DNA from: a virus
DNA: 64,000 bases
Reading direction: 5' to 3' (one strand)
Virus record (IMG/VR): IMGVR_UViG_3300035698_015907
A model generated the notes under the pieces. That model did no database searches. It had not been told where the DNA came from and saw only the letters and a program-made list of their open reading frames with translations. The translations under genes and the position numbers were made by a program. Positions within the stretch are counted from its first letter, which is position 1. Each line of letters begins with the position of its first letter. Of the stretch, positions 1-8,735 are shown piece by piece.

Positions 1-667
1 ATTAATATCATGATCAACCATATGACAACGCTTCTTCTGTTGCCCGGATTGCCAAAAACATCATGAAGAGGGATGGCGGCCTGCCCAGGATCGACGGACA
101 GGGCATCGTGTATTACATGGACCAGGATCGCTACTACGCCCTGTATCCCACCAACGACTAATAAATAATTTTCGGAGGGGGTTGACGCTCCCTCCGAATC
201 ATGGTAGTATACTTACATAATCAGGAGGTTCCAAAATCCCACCACCAACTTCGTTGTCGCCCGCGATGGAATATATCACGACAAGGGTTGACATCGACTA
301 AGAATCAGGATATATTAATATCATGATCAACCAGGAGGTTCCTATGACTAACTCCACTCTCTCAAAGATCCTTGCACTTCGCGGCTCCCTCACCCACACC
401 CCGACGAGTCGGATCGTGGTCAACACTGAAACCACCGGCCGGGTGTCGACTTCCACTCAAAATTTAATTTACGGAAAGGGTTGACACATATCCCGAATCA
501 GGATATATTAATATCATGATCAACCAGGAGGTTCCAATGACAAACGCATCCCCAAATTGTTCCGGTGATATTTGTATCCCACCAACGACTAATAAATAAT
601 TTTCGGAGGGGGTTGACAGCCCCCTCTACCTGGTGTATACTAGACAAATAATCAGGAGGTTCCTATG
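1..667 (+). repeat. Tandem array of early promoter-RBS cassettes (4 complete + 1 partial), PeSL-like
   Basis: TTGAC(A/G) at 182, 288, 481, 613, each 17 bp from TAGTAT/TATATT/TATATT/TATACT and followed by CAGGAGGTTCC; exact repeats gaatcaggatatattaatatcatgatcaaccaggaggttcc (302-342, 495-535; partial at 1-20) and tgtatcccaccaacgactaataaataattttcggagggggttgac (142-186, 573-617); inverted repeat ttcggaggg/ccctccgaa around the -35 at 171-198. Confidence 0.9.
344..484 (+). CDS. 46-aa micro-ORF behind a cassette RBS (MTNSTLSKILALRGSL...), possibly a truncated remnant
   Basis: AGGAGG RBS then ATG at 344; TGA at 482-484 overlaps the next cassette -35. Confidence 0.5.
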   Translation: MTNSTLSKILALRGSLTHTPTSRIVVNTETTGRVSTSTQNLIYGKG

Positions 668-772
668 ACATTTTCTCAGATTCCCGCAGGTCTCAACGGA
701 TACGATGTAGTCAAGGGCGAAGCCCACAAGAATGGCACGATCCAGATGATCCACTGGGACACTATGATCTAA
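665..772 (+). CDS. 35-aa micro-ORF behind a cassette RBS (MTFSQIPAGLNGYDVVKGEAHKNG...)
   Basis: AGGAGG RBS then ATG at 665, TAA at 770-772. Confidence 0.45.
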   Translation: MTFSQIPAGLNGYDVVKGEAHKNGTIQMIHWDTMI

Positions 773-815
773 ATGAAGAAGAAGTAATTGAAGTCTTCGA
801 GCGGGTCGCCTCTGT

Positions 816-875
816 AAAAAGAAAGAAGAGTTAAAGAAAAGAAAAAGAAAGAAGAGTTAAAGAAAAGAAAAAGAA
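816..875. repeat. Purine-rich tandem duplication (aaaaagaaagaagagttaaagaaaag x2)
   Basis: Directly visible. Confidence 0.8.
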
Positions 876-1246
876 CAACGGCTTGCTGTTAAGTGGATGC
901 AAGCTGTGGGGTGGGTTTAGTTCATACTACTGCCGCCGACAATGTGCAGCAGTCAGGCTACACTCACCCCTTCTAATCACTCTGTAGCAGCTCGTGATAC
1001 CCCTGCGTGGTGGCAAGGAGCCGTCGTGTGCGATAGGTCATCATGTCATCGCTGAGCGCCAGAGTGTACGTCGTGAGGATGTGTGATGAGTGCATCTTCA
1101 TGATGATCGATGATGCTAGGCCTGGGTGCTCGTGTGAGCTGGAACCTTCCGCTTGTGCCTGGTGCTTAGCATCATCGTTTTTTCCGAATTTTCCAGGTGG
1201 CCTATTAAATGGCGGCGTGCATGCCGAGTAACTATCTTTAAGCGCT

Positions 1247-1342
1247 GCGTTCGTTCCCGACTATTAGATCCGAACCATTAAGTCGCGTTCGTTCCCGAAT
1301 AAGATTGATGCATCAATCTTTCCTATTAGATCCGAACCATTA
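1247..1342. repeat. Interleaved direct repeats with a perfect 20-bp palindrome
   Basis: gcgttcgttcccga at 1247 and 1285; ctattagatccgaaccatta at 1261 and 1323; aagattgatgcatcaatctt at 1301-1320. Confidence 0.85.
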
Positions 1343-1412
1343 TGTGAATATCGTTACTTTTCAGAAAATTGCCTTTTAAAAAAATTCGAGAAAAATTTTC
1401 GGAGGTCCAGAT

Positions 1413-2034
1413 ATGAGATTTCGTACTTACAAATGGAATAACCATAGGCTATAGAATTAATAGAGCGATCGGGTGGGGACTACCGTGGAAACAGCTCCCA
1501 ATCCCGGATGAAGACTCTCTGTGGCATAAGTTCTCTCTCATGACTGATGAGACTATGACTGTTTTTGCAGATGAACGCGCTGGGTCATTTAGTAATAATA
1601 TGCCTATTTTAGAACCTCGGTTACTTGCTGATCAATATATCTACGACAATAATGAAAAATACAATATTATTTTCGGAACCGATCTTTTTAAGACTGTAGG
1701 TTTTCTTTCCTAATGGGTATTATGCTAAAAAATGGTATCATCACGATGATGATGTTGATTACGCATTTGAGCTGCATAGAGATGAAGATGATACTGACAT
1801 CTATCCGAGAGATGTAGTCAAATATACGCGTTTCAATCATTATCCTGGAATACTGATTTGATGACGGAAGATGAGGTTCGGGTGCCATGGAATCATTATG
1901 AAATTGTTCGGGATCATCCGGAATGGGTGGCGGTAGTTCCCGCGGAGATACGGTGGTATATGAAGAGGTTTGGTATTATGGATGAACGGGAAGTGTTGAA
2001 GTTGCGCCCGATAATTGCACAATGGTGGGTATGA
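1413..2034 (+). pseudogene. Frameshifted hypothetical phage gene (about 3 shifts)
   Basis: GGAGG RBS at 1401; protein-like frames join as MRFRTYKWNN/GYRINRAIGWGLPW...KTVGFL/PNGYYAKKWY...NHYP/WNTDLMTE...LRPIIAQWWV*. Confidence 0.6.
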
Positions 2035-2463
2035 TGAAAAGATCACAAGTTCGAGCTAATAGGCAAAAGTGGATTGACTTCAAAGGAGCCTGAACGCAAG
2101 AAGGCTAAAAGAGTTTTATCTAAATCCGGCGGAGAAGAACGATGCTGTCTTGGACATGCATGCCAATGCTTTCTAGGCGATCCTGAATTCACAAATAATT
2201 TTTTGGATTCGACACCTGAATATGAGTGGGAAGGTCAGCGCTCGATTCTTCCTAAAAGTCTTGTTAAACAGTTAGGAATGTGGAAAGAAACGGGAGAGTC
2301 TCGAAGACCTATAGTATGCCCTGGCGCCATTGATATATATTCATTAATAGCACTTAATGATAAGACCGAACTAACTCCTCAGGAAATCGGTGAATATTTA
2401 GAATCTGCTATTGAGGGTGGCGTTGATACTCCGTTTAAACCACTATCGGATTATGAAGAATGA
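2034..2463 (+). pseudogene. Hypothetical protein with CCLG motif; N-terminus frameshifted
   Basis: ATG at 2034 (MKRSQVRANRQKWIDF) shifts into the 2074-2463 frame (KEPERKKAK...RCCLGHAC...LIALND...TPQEIG). Confidence 0.55.
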
Positions 2464-2930
2464 TATTACAAAATCTTGATGACATCGAATGGACCGCACA
2501 AAGCATATTCGATCATGTATGTAAGCATCTTTTAATAGATCAAAAAGAACTATCTTATTCTTATAATAGAGAATGCGCATATAGAACTACAAATCGTGAT
2601 GGCAAAACTCTTGCTTGCGGCATTGGCTGCCTGATTCCTGATGAATATTATTCTAAAGGAATAGAAAGCAATAATATAGAATATATCATGTCAACAAATT
2701 TTGAACTTGAAGAATCAGATAAATTTAATGAATTTATTGCGTTCATTAGAGAAAAGCTTGATTTAAAATCTTCAAATTTATCAGTAGATTTTATAAATTC
2801 ATTGCAATATGCGCACGATAAAGTTGTGCAATTTGATGATCGTGAAAAAGTTTCTGTTGATTGCCTTAAGCTGTTGCGCCAACACTTAAGTAATGTAGCA
2901 GAAGAATATTATCTAGAAATGAATGTATAA
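2460..2930 (+). CDS. Hypothetical phage protein (CAYR...CGIGCLI, LQYAHD motif)
   Basis: 156-aa ORF coupled to the upstream stop; motif typical of small phage proteins. Confidence 0.75.
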   Translation: MILQNLDDIEWTAQSIFDHVCKHLLIDQKELSYSYNRECAYRTTNRDGKTLACGIGCLIPDEYYSKGIESNNIEYIMSTNFELEESDKFNEFIAFIREKLDLKSSNLSVDFINSLQYAHDKVVQFDDREKVSVDCLKLLRQHLSNVAEEYYLEMNV

Positions 2931-3203
2931 ATGTCAAATTTAGAACCTACGCATCAGCATGTAAAGTCAGGGTCTCAGTATTTTCTGATTGGCTATGGTA
3001 AGATGCAGACAACTCGTTGGCTGACTGAAACCTCCTATTCGGACAGAGGCACACCCGTAGAATGTGACACTAGGAGCGCTAACAAGCGCGCAGTCGCCAT
3101 TTGCCGCTCCGTCGATGACGGTTCGCTGTGGGTGTGCCCCAAGGAAGAATTCGAGGGCACCTTTGATAGTCTGTTCGTCGCTCTCTCAGAGATCAGCAAG
3201 TGA
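2931..3203 (+). CDS. DUF1653-like small protein
   Basis: THQHVKSGSQY...RSVDDGSLWVCPKEEF resembles the H-x-K-G-x-x-Y...WVRP-x-x-F pattern. Confidence 0.55.
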   Translation: MSNLEPTHQHVKSGSQYFLIGYGKMQTTRWLTETSYSDRGTPVECDTRSANKRAVAICRSVDDGSLWVCPKEEFEGTFDSLFVALSEISK

Positions 3204-3523
3204 GCGAAGCAGAGAATCTGCTCGAGGCGCTCCCGCAGCGCCTTAAGAACGCATCGATCAACGATCGCAAGTATGAGCGCCCTATGAACTGGGATGAAGC
3301 AGATGAACTGTTCGGTCACATAGCAGAGCTTGAAGCTTATATACAAAAGCTAGAATCAGCGCTAGAACCATTTGTAAAAGTCGCTAGAAATGACATCGGC
3401 CTCGATGAGACGGACGGGGATACTTACCGCCCAATGCGCGCTTACAATCTTGTGCCGAACATCAAGATTGGCGATCTACGTTGTGCCGCAGCTGCGGTAA
3501 CTAAAAATAAGAAAGCAAATTAA
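3200..3523 (+). CDS. Hypothetical coiled-coil protein
   Basis: 107-aa ORF, GTGA overlap with the upstream stop. Confidence 0.65.
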   Translation: MSEAENLLEALPQRLKNASINDRKYERPMNWDEADELFGHIAELEAYIQKLESALEPFVKVARNDIGLDETDGDTYRPMRAYNLVPNIKIGDLRCAAAAVTKNKKAN

Positions 3524-3598
3524 TAAAAATATAGGTGTACATTAGAATTAGTTTGTGATTAGCAAATGTTAGCCTCAAACTAAAACGTTAACGTAAGG

Positions 3599-3820
3599 AT
3601 GAAAATCATGAAGAATATTGCTATTGCGGCTATTGTCGCTTCTACCCTTCTCGCTTCTGCACCGGCTTTTGCTGCTGGCGGACATGTTCCGGCAGCTTGT
3701 AAGGACGGTACTGCTCCTGAAGGTTGGCTTCGCGCTGGAGGCTATTGTGAGCTCGTAGAGCGCGGCCCGGAGACTACTTCTAAGAAGGGCTCTCCTCCTC
3801 CCGTTGTTGTTACTCCTTAA
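3599..3820 (+). CDS. Small secreted protein with signal peptide
   Basis: MKNIAIAAIVASTLLASAPAFA signal peptide with AFA cleavage site; 2 Cys in the mature part. Confidence 0.7.
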   Translation: MKIMKNIAIAAIVASTLLASAPAFAAGGHVPAACKDGTAPEGWLRAGGYCELVERGPETTSKKGSPPPVVVTP

Positions 3821-3888
3821 TATTATTTGATCCTGCATCATAGTATGTAAATAGTGGATCATTGATATTTAAAGAATTATAATAGCGT

Positions 3889-3928
3889 AAAGTGGCGAGA
3901 AAGATTAATTTCTTCTCGCCACTTTTTT
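3889..3928 (+). terminator. Intrinsic terminator
   Basis: aaagtggcgaga...tctcgccacttt stem followed by a T-run. Confidence 0.8.
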
Positions 3929-3990
3929 GCATTTCTTGTATGTACACTAAAGTGTTTTATGGTATACTTATTTAAAATAAGGAGTGAAAA

Positions 3991-4431
3991 ATGTTTTTAG
4001 ATATTAGTGGTGCTAGTGGAAATTCTACCGAAAAAAATATTTTTGGTAAGATGTTAGATATTATTCAAGATGAGTCGAAATGGTTTAAAGGGCATTTGTC
4101 GGATGGACCAGATCGCGGTCGGTGCATTCTTGGACATATGTATGAGATCGAAGGTAATATAAATCTTGATAATTATGAGCCATCTAATATCGTGCCGAAC
4201 GATATTTTAGTTGATATTAGAGATGAAATTCTTGAATATTCAAAAATTCTTGCTAGTATCATAAAAACAGATTTTCCAGACGTTGTTTTTTCGGATCTTG
4301 ATAGTCTTTTAAATGTTACAAATTTCAATGATCATTATGATACTACAATCGATGATGTTCGATCTTTGCTGAAAAAAGCAGATGAAATTTATGCTACACA
4401 GATGGTTAATAAATTAGAAAAAGTGATGTAA
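3991..4431 (+). CDS. DUF6197-like hypothetical protein
   Basis: AGGAG RBS; W-x-KG...CILG...FND...T-x-x-DV-x-x-LL pattern. Confidence 0.7.
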   Translation: MFLDISGASGNSTEKNIFGKMLDIIQDESKWFKGHLSDGPDRGRCILGHMYEIEGNINLDNYEPSNIVPNDILVDIRDEILEYSKILASIIKTDFPDVVFSDLDSLLNVTNFNDHYDTTIDDVRSLLKKADEIYATQMVNKLEKVM

Positions 4432-4438
4432 TAAAATC

Positions 4439-4792
4439 ATGTTTCTTGATGATATTGCTGCTAAATTTGATTCTAAATCTAACATTCCTATGCGGATTTA
4501 TACAATTCTAAAAGATGAGTCGAAATGGATTAAAAAATCATTTGCCGAAGGGGGTTCAAAATGTCTGCTGGCTCATGTTAAGAGCTTAACTAAAAATGAA
4601 GCTAAGCGTACAGTTGTATGTGAATCTATTGCAGAATCAATACGTAGATTATATCCTGAACGTGGTAATTCCGTGTTCAATAATTTCGTAATTATGAAAT
4701 TTAATGATCATCACTATACTATGATTCATGATGTTCGCAATGTTCTTCTTTTAGCAGCAGAAATTCTTGATGGGAAGCTTAAAAATGTCTGA
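4439..4792 (+). CDS. DUF6197-like hypothetical protein, paralog of 3991-4431
   Basis: Shares MFLD, DESKW, C-L-L-x-H, FNDH, DVR with the upstream gene. Confidence 0.7.
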   Translation: MFLDDIAAKFDSKSNIPMRIYTILKDESKWIKKSFAEGGSKCLLAHVKSLTKNEAKRTVVCESIAESIRRLYPERGNSVFNNFVIMKFNDHHYTMIHDVRNVLLLAAEILDGKLKNV

Positions 4793-5063
4793 TTTGAAAA
4801 ATCTCAAAGAAGATGACCAATTCTTTTATAAGCATGTTGGTTTCGGGCTTATAACTTATGAACGCGGACGTGTTCTAGAACAGAATGATGGTATACTCTA
4901 TACTGATGCTTATGATGAAGATGGTATGGAATGGAGCGAAGAAGAACAAACTTGGATCTATGATACAACTATTGGTTATGTAAGTTACGTTCTCTCGATT
5001 GATGATAAATTTGCAGCAGAGAAAGCAAAGTTACCGAAGACGAAGAGAAGCAGTTTCATGTGA
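4785..5063 (+). CDS. Hypothetical protein
   Basis: ORF 4767-5063, probable ATG at 4785 (MSDLKNLKE). Confidence 0.6.
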   Translation: MSDLKNLKEDDQFFYKHVGFGLITYERGRVLEQNDGILYTDAYDEDGMEWSEEEQTWIYDTTIGYVSYVLSIDDKFAAEKAKLPKTKRSSFM

Positions 5064-5640
5064 TGAATAATGAGACTGAATTAAGAGCAGCTGCTATAAA
5101 TGCGGGACTATCTAGCATTCGTCCCATGTTATCGGAGACGAACGACAAGCAGCTTTTATTGCTCTTGCTAGTCCAACAGTTATCATCTCTTTGCTTGATG
5201 AATTGAATAGTCTACGCGCAGAAGTTCTTCCAGGTGCATGGTGTCAAGAAACTGCTAACAAAGAATTAATTGAAAGACTGCGTATAGGGGAAGCTAAAAT
5301 ACCTTCTTATGAAGTGACGTGGGTGCAAAATATGCGTTCTCATTTTAAAGAAGGTATGTTTTCACGCAGAGTATTTCCAGAGTGGAATGATATTTTCTTA
5401 GAGCATGTAGATATTCTTTTAGCAGCAGTGTCAGAAGCTGCTGATGCTCTTACGGCTGCTGATGCTCGTATAGAGCAATTGGCTACGTTTGATAAAAACT
5501 GGAAAACATTCACTGAAGCTTTTTATCGAGTTGCAGGAGAAGGGCGCGATCAAATGAAGCACGATCTTCGTGAAGCAGAAGCGGCTCTTGTTGCTGCTAA
5601 TATTCGTATACAAGAATTAGAAGCAGAGAACAAAAAATGA
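5063..5640 (+). pseudogene. Ead/Ea22-like protein, N-terminus out of frame
   Basis: The frame upstream of ORF 5191 reads QAAFIALASPTVIISLLDELNSLR (Ea22-like AAFIAxAxP..LLDEL); the ATG at 5063 (MNNETELRAAAINA) is in another frame. Confidence 0.55.
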
Positions 5641-5840
5641 CTTTTTCTATAACATTTGGTTGGAATCTTGTTCCAATATTTGGCACAATAGCATTGATTG
5701 TTATTGCTGTGTGGGTTTCATATGCGTTATCTAATGGAAGCGATGAAGCTGCCGGAATGATTTTAATGCCTGCACAAGGAATTGCTACTATACTCGCTAT
5801 TATTATGTGGGTAACTTATTTCTTAATGGGCGCACCATGA
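5637..5840 (+). CDS. Small membrane protein (2 TM)
   Basis: Two hydrophobic segments; ATGA coupling. Confidence 0.7.
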   Translation: MTFSITFGWNLVPIFGTIALIVIAVWVSYALSNGSDEAAGMILMPAQGIATILAIIMWVTYFLMGAP

Positions 5841-6297
5841 CTAAAGTAGATGAATTAATTGATAAAATAGAAGCATCAACAGGTCCAGATGATCTAATTG
5901 ATGCTTCTATTGTTGCATTTTTAAATAAAGCACTACTTAAACCATATCCTCCTGCTACTGATTTTGGCCCGAGTAATAAATGACAATTTTGGTCATTAGA
6001 TGGTGTCCATTTTCTTGGTGATGAATTCACATACCCAGTTTTAAATTATACATCTTCATTAGAAGCTTGTATTGCGTTAGCAAAGAAAAAATTTCCGAAT
6101 GCAGCTATAGGATTTGATCCTATATTTTTAGTGATAGTTATTTTAGTTGGGATGCTGTGTTGTGTATTCCTGATTATGATAAGTGGAATCTAGTTGATAG
6201 CAAATGGATAACACGACATTTTGCTCATCATAAAGTAATGTGTCATGCTGCTATTATAGCAATTCTTTTAGCTGAGAAAGAACATCATGGATTATAA
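5837..6297 (+). pseudogene. Phage ABA-sandwich-like gene with in-frame TGA and a frameshift
   Basis: MTKVDELIDKIEASTGPD...SNK*(5981)QFWSLDG...NYTSSLEACIALAKK, then a shift near 6125 into FSWDAVL...HAAIIAILLAEKEHHGL*. Confidence 0.55.
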
Positions 6298-6496
6298 GCG
6301 CACAAAAGCAGCATTAGAAGATAAAGATGCTTTATATGTTCACTGCCCAGATTGTGATGGAGAGAGAAAAGTAGCAGCTCAACGCAATGGTATCAGTCAA
6401 TATTTTGATTGTCCTACTTGTTCTGCTACAGGAGAATCTTCTCGAGAAGATGCGATAACTTTCATTGATATAATGGAAGATAATGATGATGTCTAA
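6287..6496 (+). CDS. Small zinc-finger protein (DnaJ-type CxxCxG repeats)
   Basis: CPDCDGE and CPTCSATG. Confidence 0.7.
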   Translation: MDYKRTKAALEDKDALYVHCPDCDGERKVAAQRNGISQYFDCPTCSATGESSREDAITFIDIMEDNDDV

Positions 6497-7091
6497 TTCA
6501 GATAAAATGAACGATGATATAATTCCTAAAGAAGTAGGAATAGACATGGATGTTGCTATAGAATGGCTTCATGATTGTGCTCAATATTTTAATAAAAAAG
6601 CAACTGAAGCTAAAGAAGATATTGAGTATTGGTCATCAATTTCGAATGCAAATGTAGCAATTAGAATTGCTGATTATTTTGACAGTGCACAACACACAAA
6701 CAAAATAATTAAAGATAATAGTCCTGATACTAAATTTGTTGAAGAGTTGCGTACAGGAGCTGATAGCTATCGCAGACTCAATGCTGAACATGCTGCACGA
6801 ATGTTAGATGATGCAGCTTCTCGTATTGAAAATTTAGAACAGATTATTAGTGCACAAAATGAAGCTGATGAGTTATATCGTTTAGCTAATTTTCTTGATC
6901 TTTCAGAACCGAATGATAAAGCAAAAGTATTTTTTGATTCGTTTGTTGATGGAACTATATTAGGACAGGGAAATCGCAATATTTTAATACATTCTTTAGC
7001 TAATCAATTTAAAGATTATGAAAAACAGATAAAGGATGTTGAACGTAAAAATGAAATTCTTCATAACAAATTCAATCTAAACAAAGGATGA
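6483..7091 (+). CDS. Hypothetical protein
   Basis: 202-aa ORF in a gene string. Confidence 0.7.
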   Translation: MMMSNSDKMNDDIIPKEVGIDMDVAIEWLHDCAQYFNKKATEAKEDIEYWSSISNANVAIRIADYFDSAQHTNKIIKDNSPDTKFVEELRTGADSYRRLNAEHAARMLDDAASRIENLEQIISAQNEADELYRLANFLDLSEPNDKAKVFFDSFVDGTILGQGNRNILIHSLANQFKDYEKQIKDVERKNEILHNKFNLNKG

Positions 7092-7095
7092 ATGC

Positions 7096-8055
7096 ATGTC
7101 ACATTTTGTAATGATGGTTGTTACTGACAAAGAGCCCGGTGATGGAAGTGTGTTAGAAGATATTCTAATGCCTTGGCATGAATATGAATGCACTGGTTTA
7201 GTTAATGAATATGTTATCGATGTTGATGTAACAGATGAAGTTGAAGATGCATGGAATCAAAAAAATGATGCATATAAACTTTCTAATGGTGAAATCATAT
7301 CGATTTATGCTGATGAAGTGTGGGATTCATTTAGCCATAAATCAGTGCAGCCCGATGGTTCTACTAAAATAAAAGTTGAAACATATAAATTAGAAAAAGA
7401 TAAAAATAAATGGGCTAACGACTATGGAGATTGGTCCCAGAAAGATGATGGTAAGTGGTATCGGTACACTAATCCAAATGCTAAATGGGATTGGTGGACT
7501 ATCGGCGGCCGCTATTCAGGGAGATTAGTAGATTCTAGAAGCGGCGCTCGCTGTGATAGTTGTCAGATAAAAGACCTTGATATTAAAGCTATGAAAAAAT
7601 TTACTAGTGGCAGCAGAGAAAAAGAAATTATTGAAGCTATCCAGAATTACCCAGCTCTAGATAGAGATATAATTTACAAAGGTCTTCGTAATTTTGCTAA
7701 AGCTCACGCTGCATGGAAAGAACTTCCTGATGGTTCTCGGCCGCGTGGACAAGAGTATATGGAATGGATTTCTGACAATTATGGAATGGAAGCAGAATTA
7801 GTTTCTAAAGCTTGGCCATGGAGCTCGCCCAATCTTAAAAATCATGCTTCTCTAGAAGATTGGTATAATGAATCTCCTTTTATTTCTTGTTGGGGCATTA
7901 TTAAAGATGGAAAGTGGTTCGAAAAAGGAGATATGGGCTGGTGGGGTATGGCATCAAATGAAATGACTGATGAAGAGTGGTCTCAGAAAGTTACTGATAT
8001 GGTAATGAATTTGTCAGAAGATAAATGGATTACTATGATAGACTGCCACATTTAA
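7096..8055 (+). CDS. Conserved phage hypothetical protein (NPNAKWDW...DCH family)
   Basis: MSHF start, NPNAKWDWWTIGGRYSG, GDMGWWG, terminal DCHI. Confidence 0.8.
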   Translation: MSHFVMMVVTDKEPGDGSVLEDILMPWHEYECTGLVNEYVIDVDVTDEVEDAWNQKNDAYKLSNGEIISIYADEVWDSFSHKSVQPDGSTKIKVETYKLEKDKNKWANDYGDWSQKDDGKWYRYTNPNAKWDWWTIGGRYSGRLVDSRSGARCDSCQIKDLDIKAMKKFTSGSREKEIIEAIQNYPALDRDIIYKGLRNFAKAHAAWKELPDGSRPRGQEYMEWISDNYGMEAELVSKAWPWSSPNLKNHASLEDWYNESPFISCWGIIKDGKWFEKGDMGWWGMASNEMTDEEWSQKVTDMVMNLSEDKWITMIDCHI

Positions 8056-8118
8056 CACTAATAAGCCCTTTATAGGGTTTCCCACACAAAACACAATTTT
8101 TATATATAAAGAAACTCT

Positions 8119-8145
8119 AAGCCGTTGGCCTCCAACGGCTTTTTT
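8119..8145 (+). terminator. Intrinsic terminator at the junction of convergent transcription units
   Basis: aagccgttgg-cct-ccaacggctt followed by a T-run. Confidence 0.85.
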
Positions 8146-8164
8146 GTTGCTTATTTAGTCTATG

Positions 8165-8734
8165 TTAATGGAACGGGTCAAACTCGTCGTCCCAACTGAC
8201 ATTAGTCTCAGGTGAGAGACCAAACTCGCCATTTTGGAGGTTGCCCTGTGACCCGCTGTTGAGCGCTGAGGGCCATTGAGACATATTAGGTAGGGTGACA
8301 GACATTAGCTCAGCTTGGGCCTCACGCTTAGCTCTATTGACCCATGCTAATTTGTTTGAATTTGAGTTTTGTATCCTGGAATGTATGGTGTGCTTTTTTC
8401 CATACATTGGATTATTTTCACCGGATAAAAGACCTTGAGCAGCACGTTCTTTATTTAAATTAGCCATACGAAAAGCTTGAACTTTTCGTTCAGTATAATC
8501 TTCCCATCTAATTCTAGTAGCAGCAATACCTTTTGGTATCACATGTTCTTTCATGTGTTTGCTAGCTGCAGCTTTTTGTTTAGCTCTATTAGATTCATAG
8601 TCGGGATTGTCTTTACAGAAAGCAGGCGGGAGTGCGTGCCATTCATTGCAATGTTTGCATTGATAGCGTCTTACTCCCGCCCCTCTTAATTTACGAGGTA
8701 TAGATTTTTTCTGTTCAAAGGTTAACTTTGGCAT
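8165..8734 (-). CDS. NUMOD3-motif DNA-binding protein with N-terminal Cys/His cluster
   Basis: GENNPMYGKKHT; CKHC..H...C. Confidence 0.6.
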   Translation of the reverse strand: MPKLTFEQKKSIPRKLRGAGVRRYQCKHCNEWHALPPAFCKDNPDYESNRAKQKAAASKHMKEHVIPKGIAATRIRWEDYTERKVQAFRMANLNKERAAQGLLSGENNPMYGKKHTIHSRIQNSNSNKLAWVNRAKREAQAELMSVTLPNMSQWPSALNSGSQGNLQNGEFGLSPETNVSWDDEFDPFH

Positions 8735-8735
8735 A

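Noticed and set aside
1-667. Repeat array as a CRISPR array
   Set aside because: The repeats are promoter/RBS units of two types with irregular 50-140 bp spacing; no cas genes in the window
1043-1231. 62-aa + strand ORF
   Set aside because: No RBS, atypical composition, overlaps a long hairpin
1688-2046. Two - strand ORFs (1688-1888, 1840-2046)
   Set aside because: Antisense shadows of a frameshifted + strand gene
5981-5983. In-frame TGA as evidence of stop-codon reassignment
   Set aside because: Single case in a gene that is also frameshifted; TGA terminates core genes such as thyX and gp23 at the expected positions
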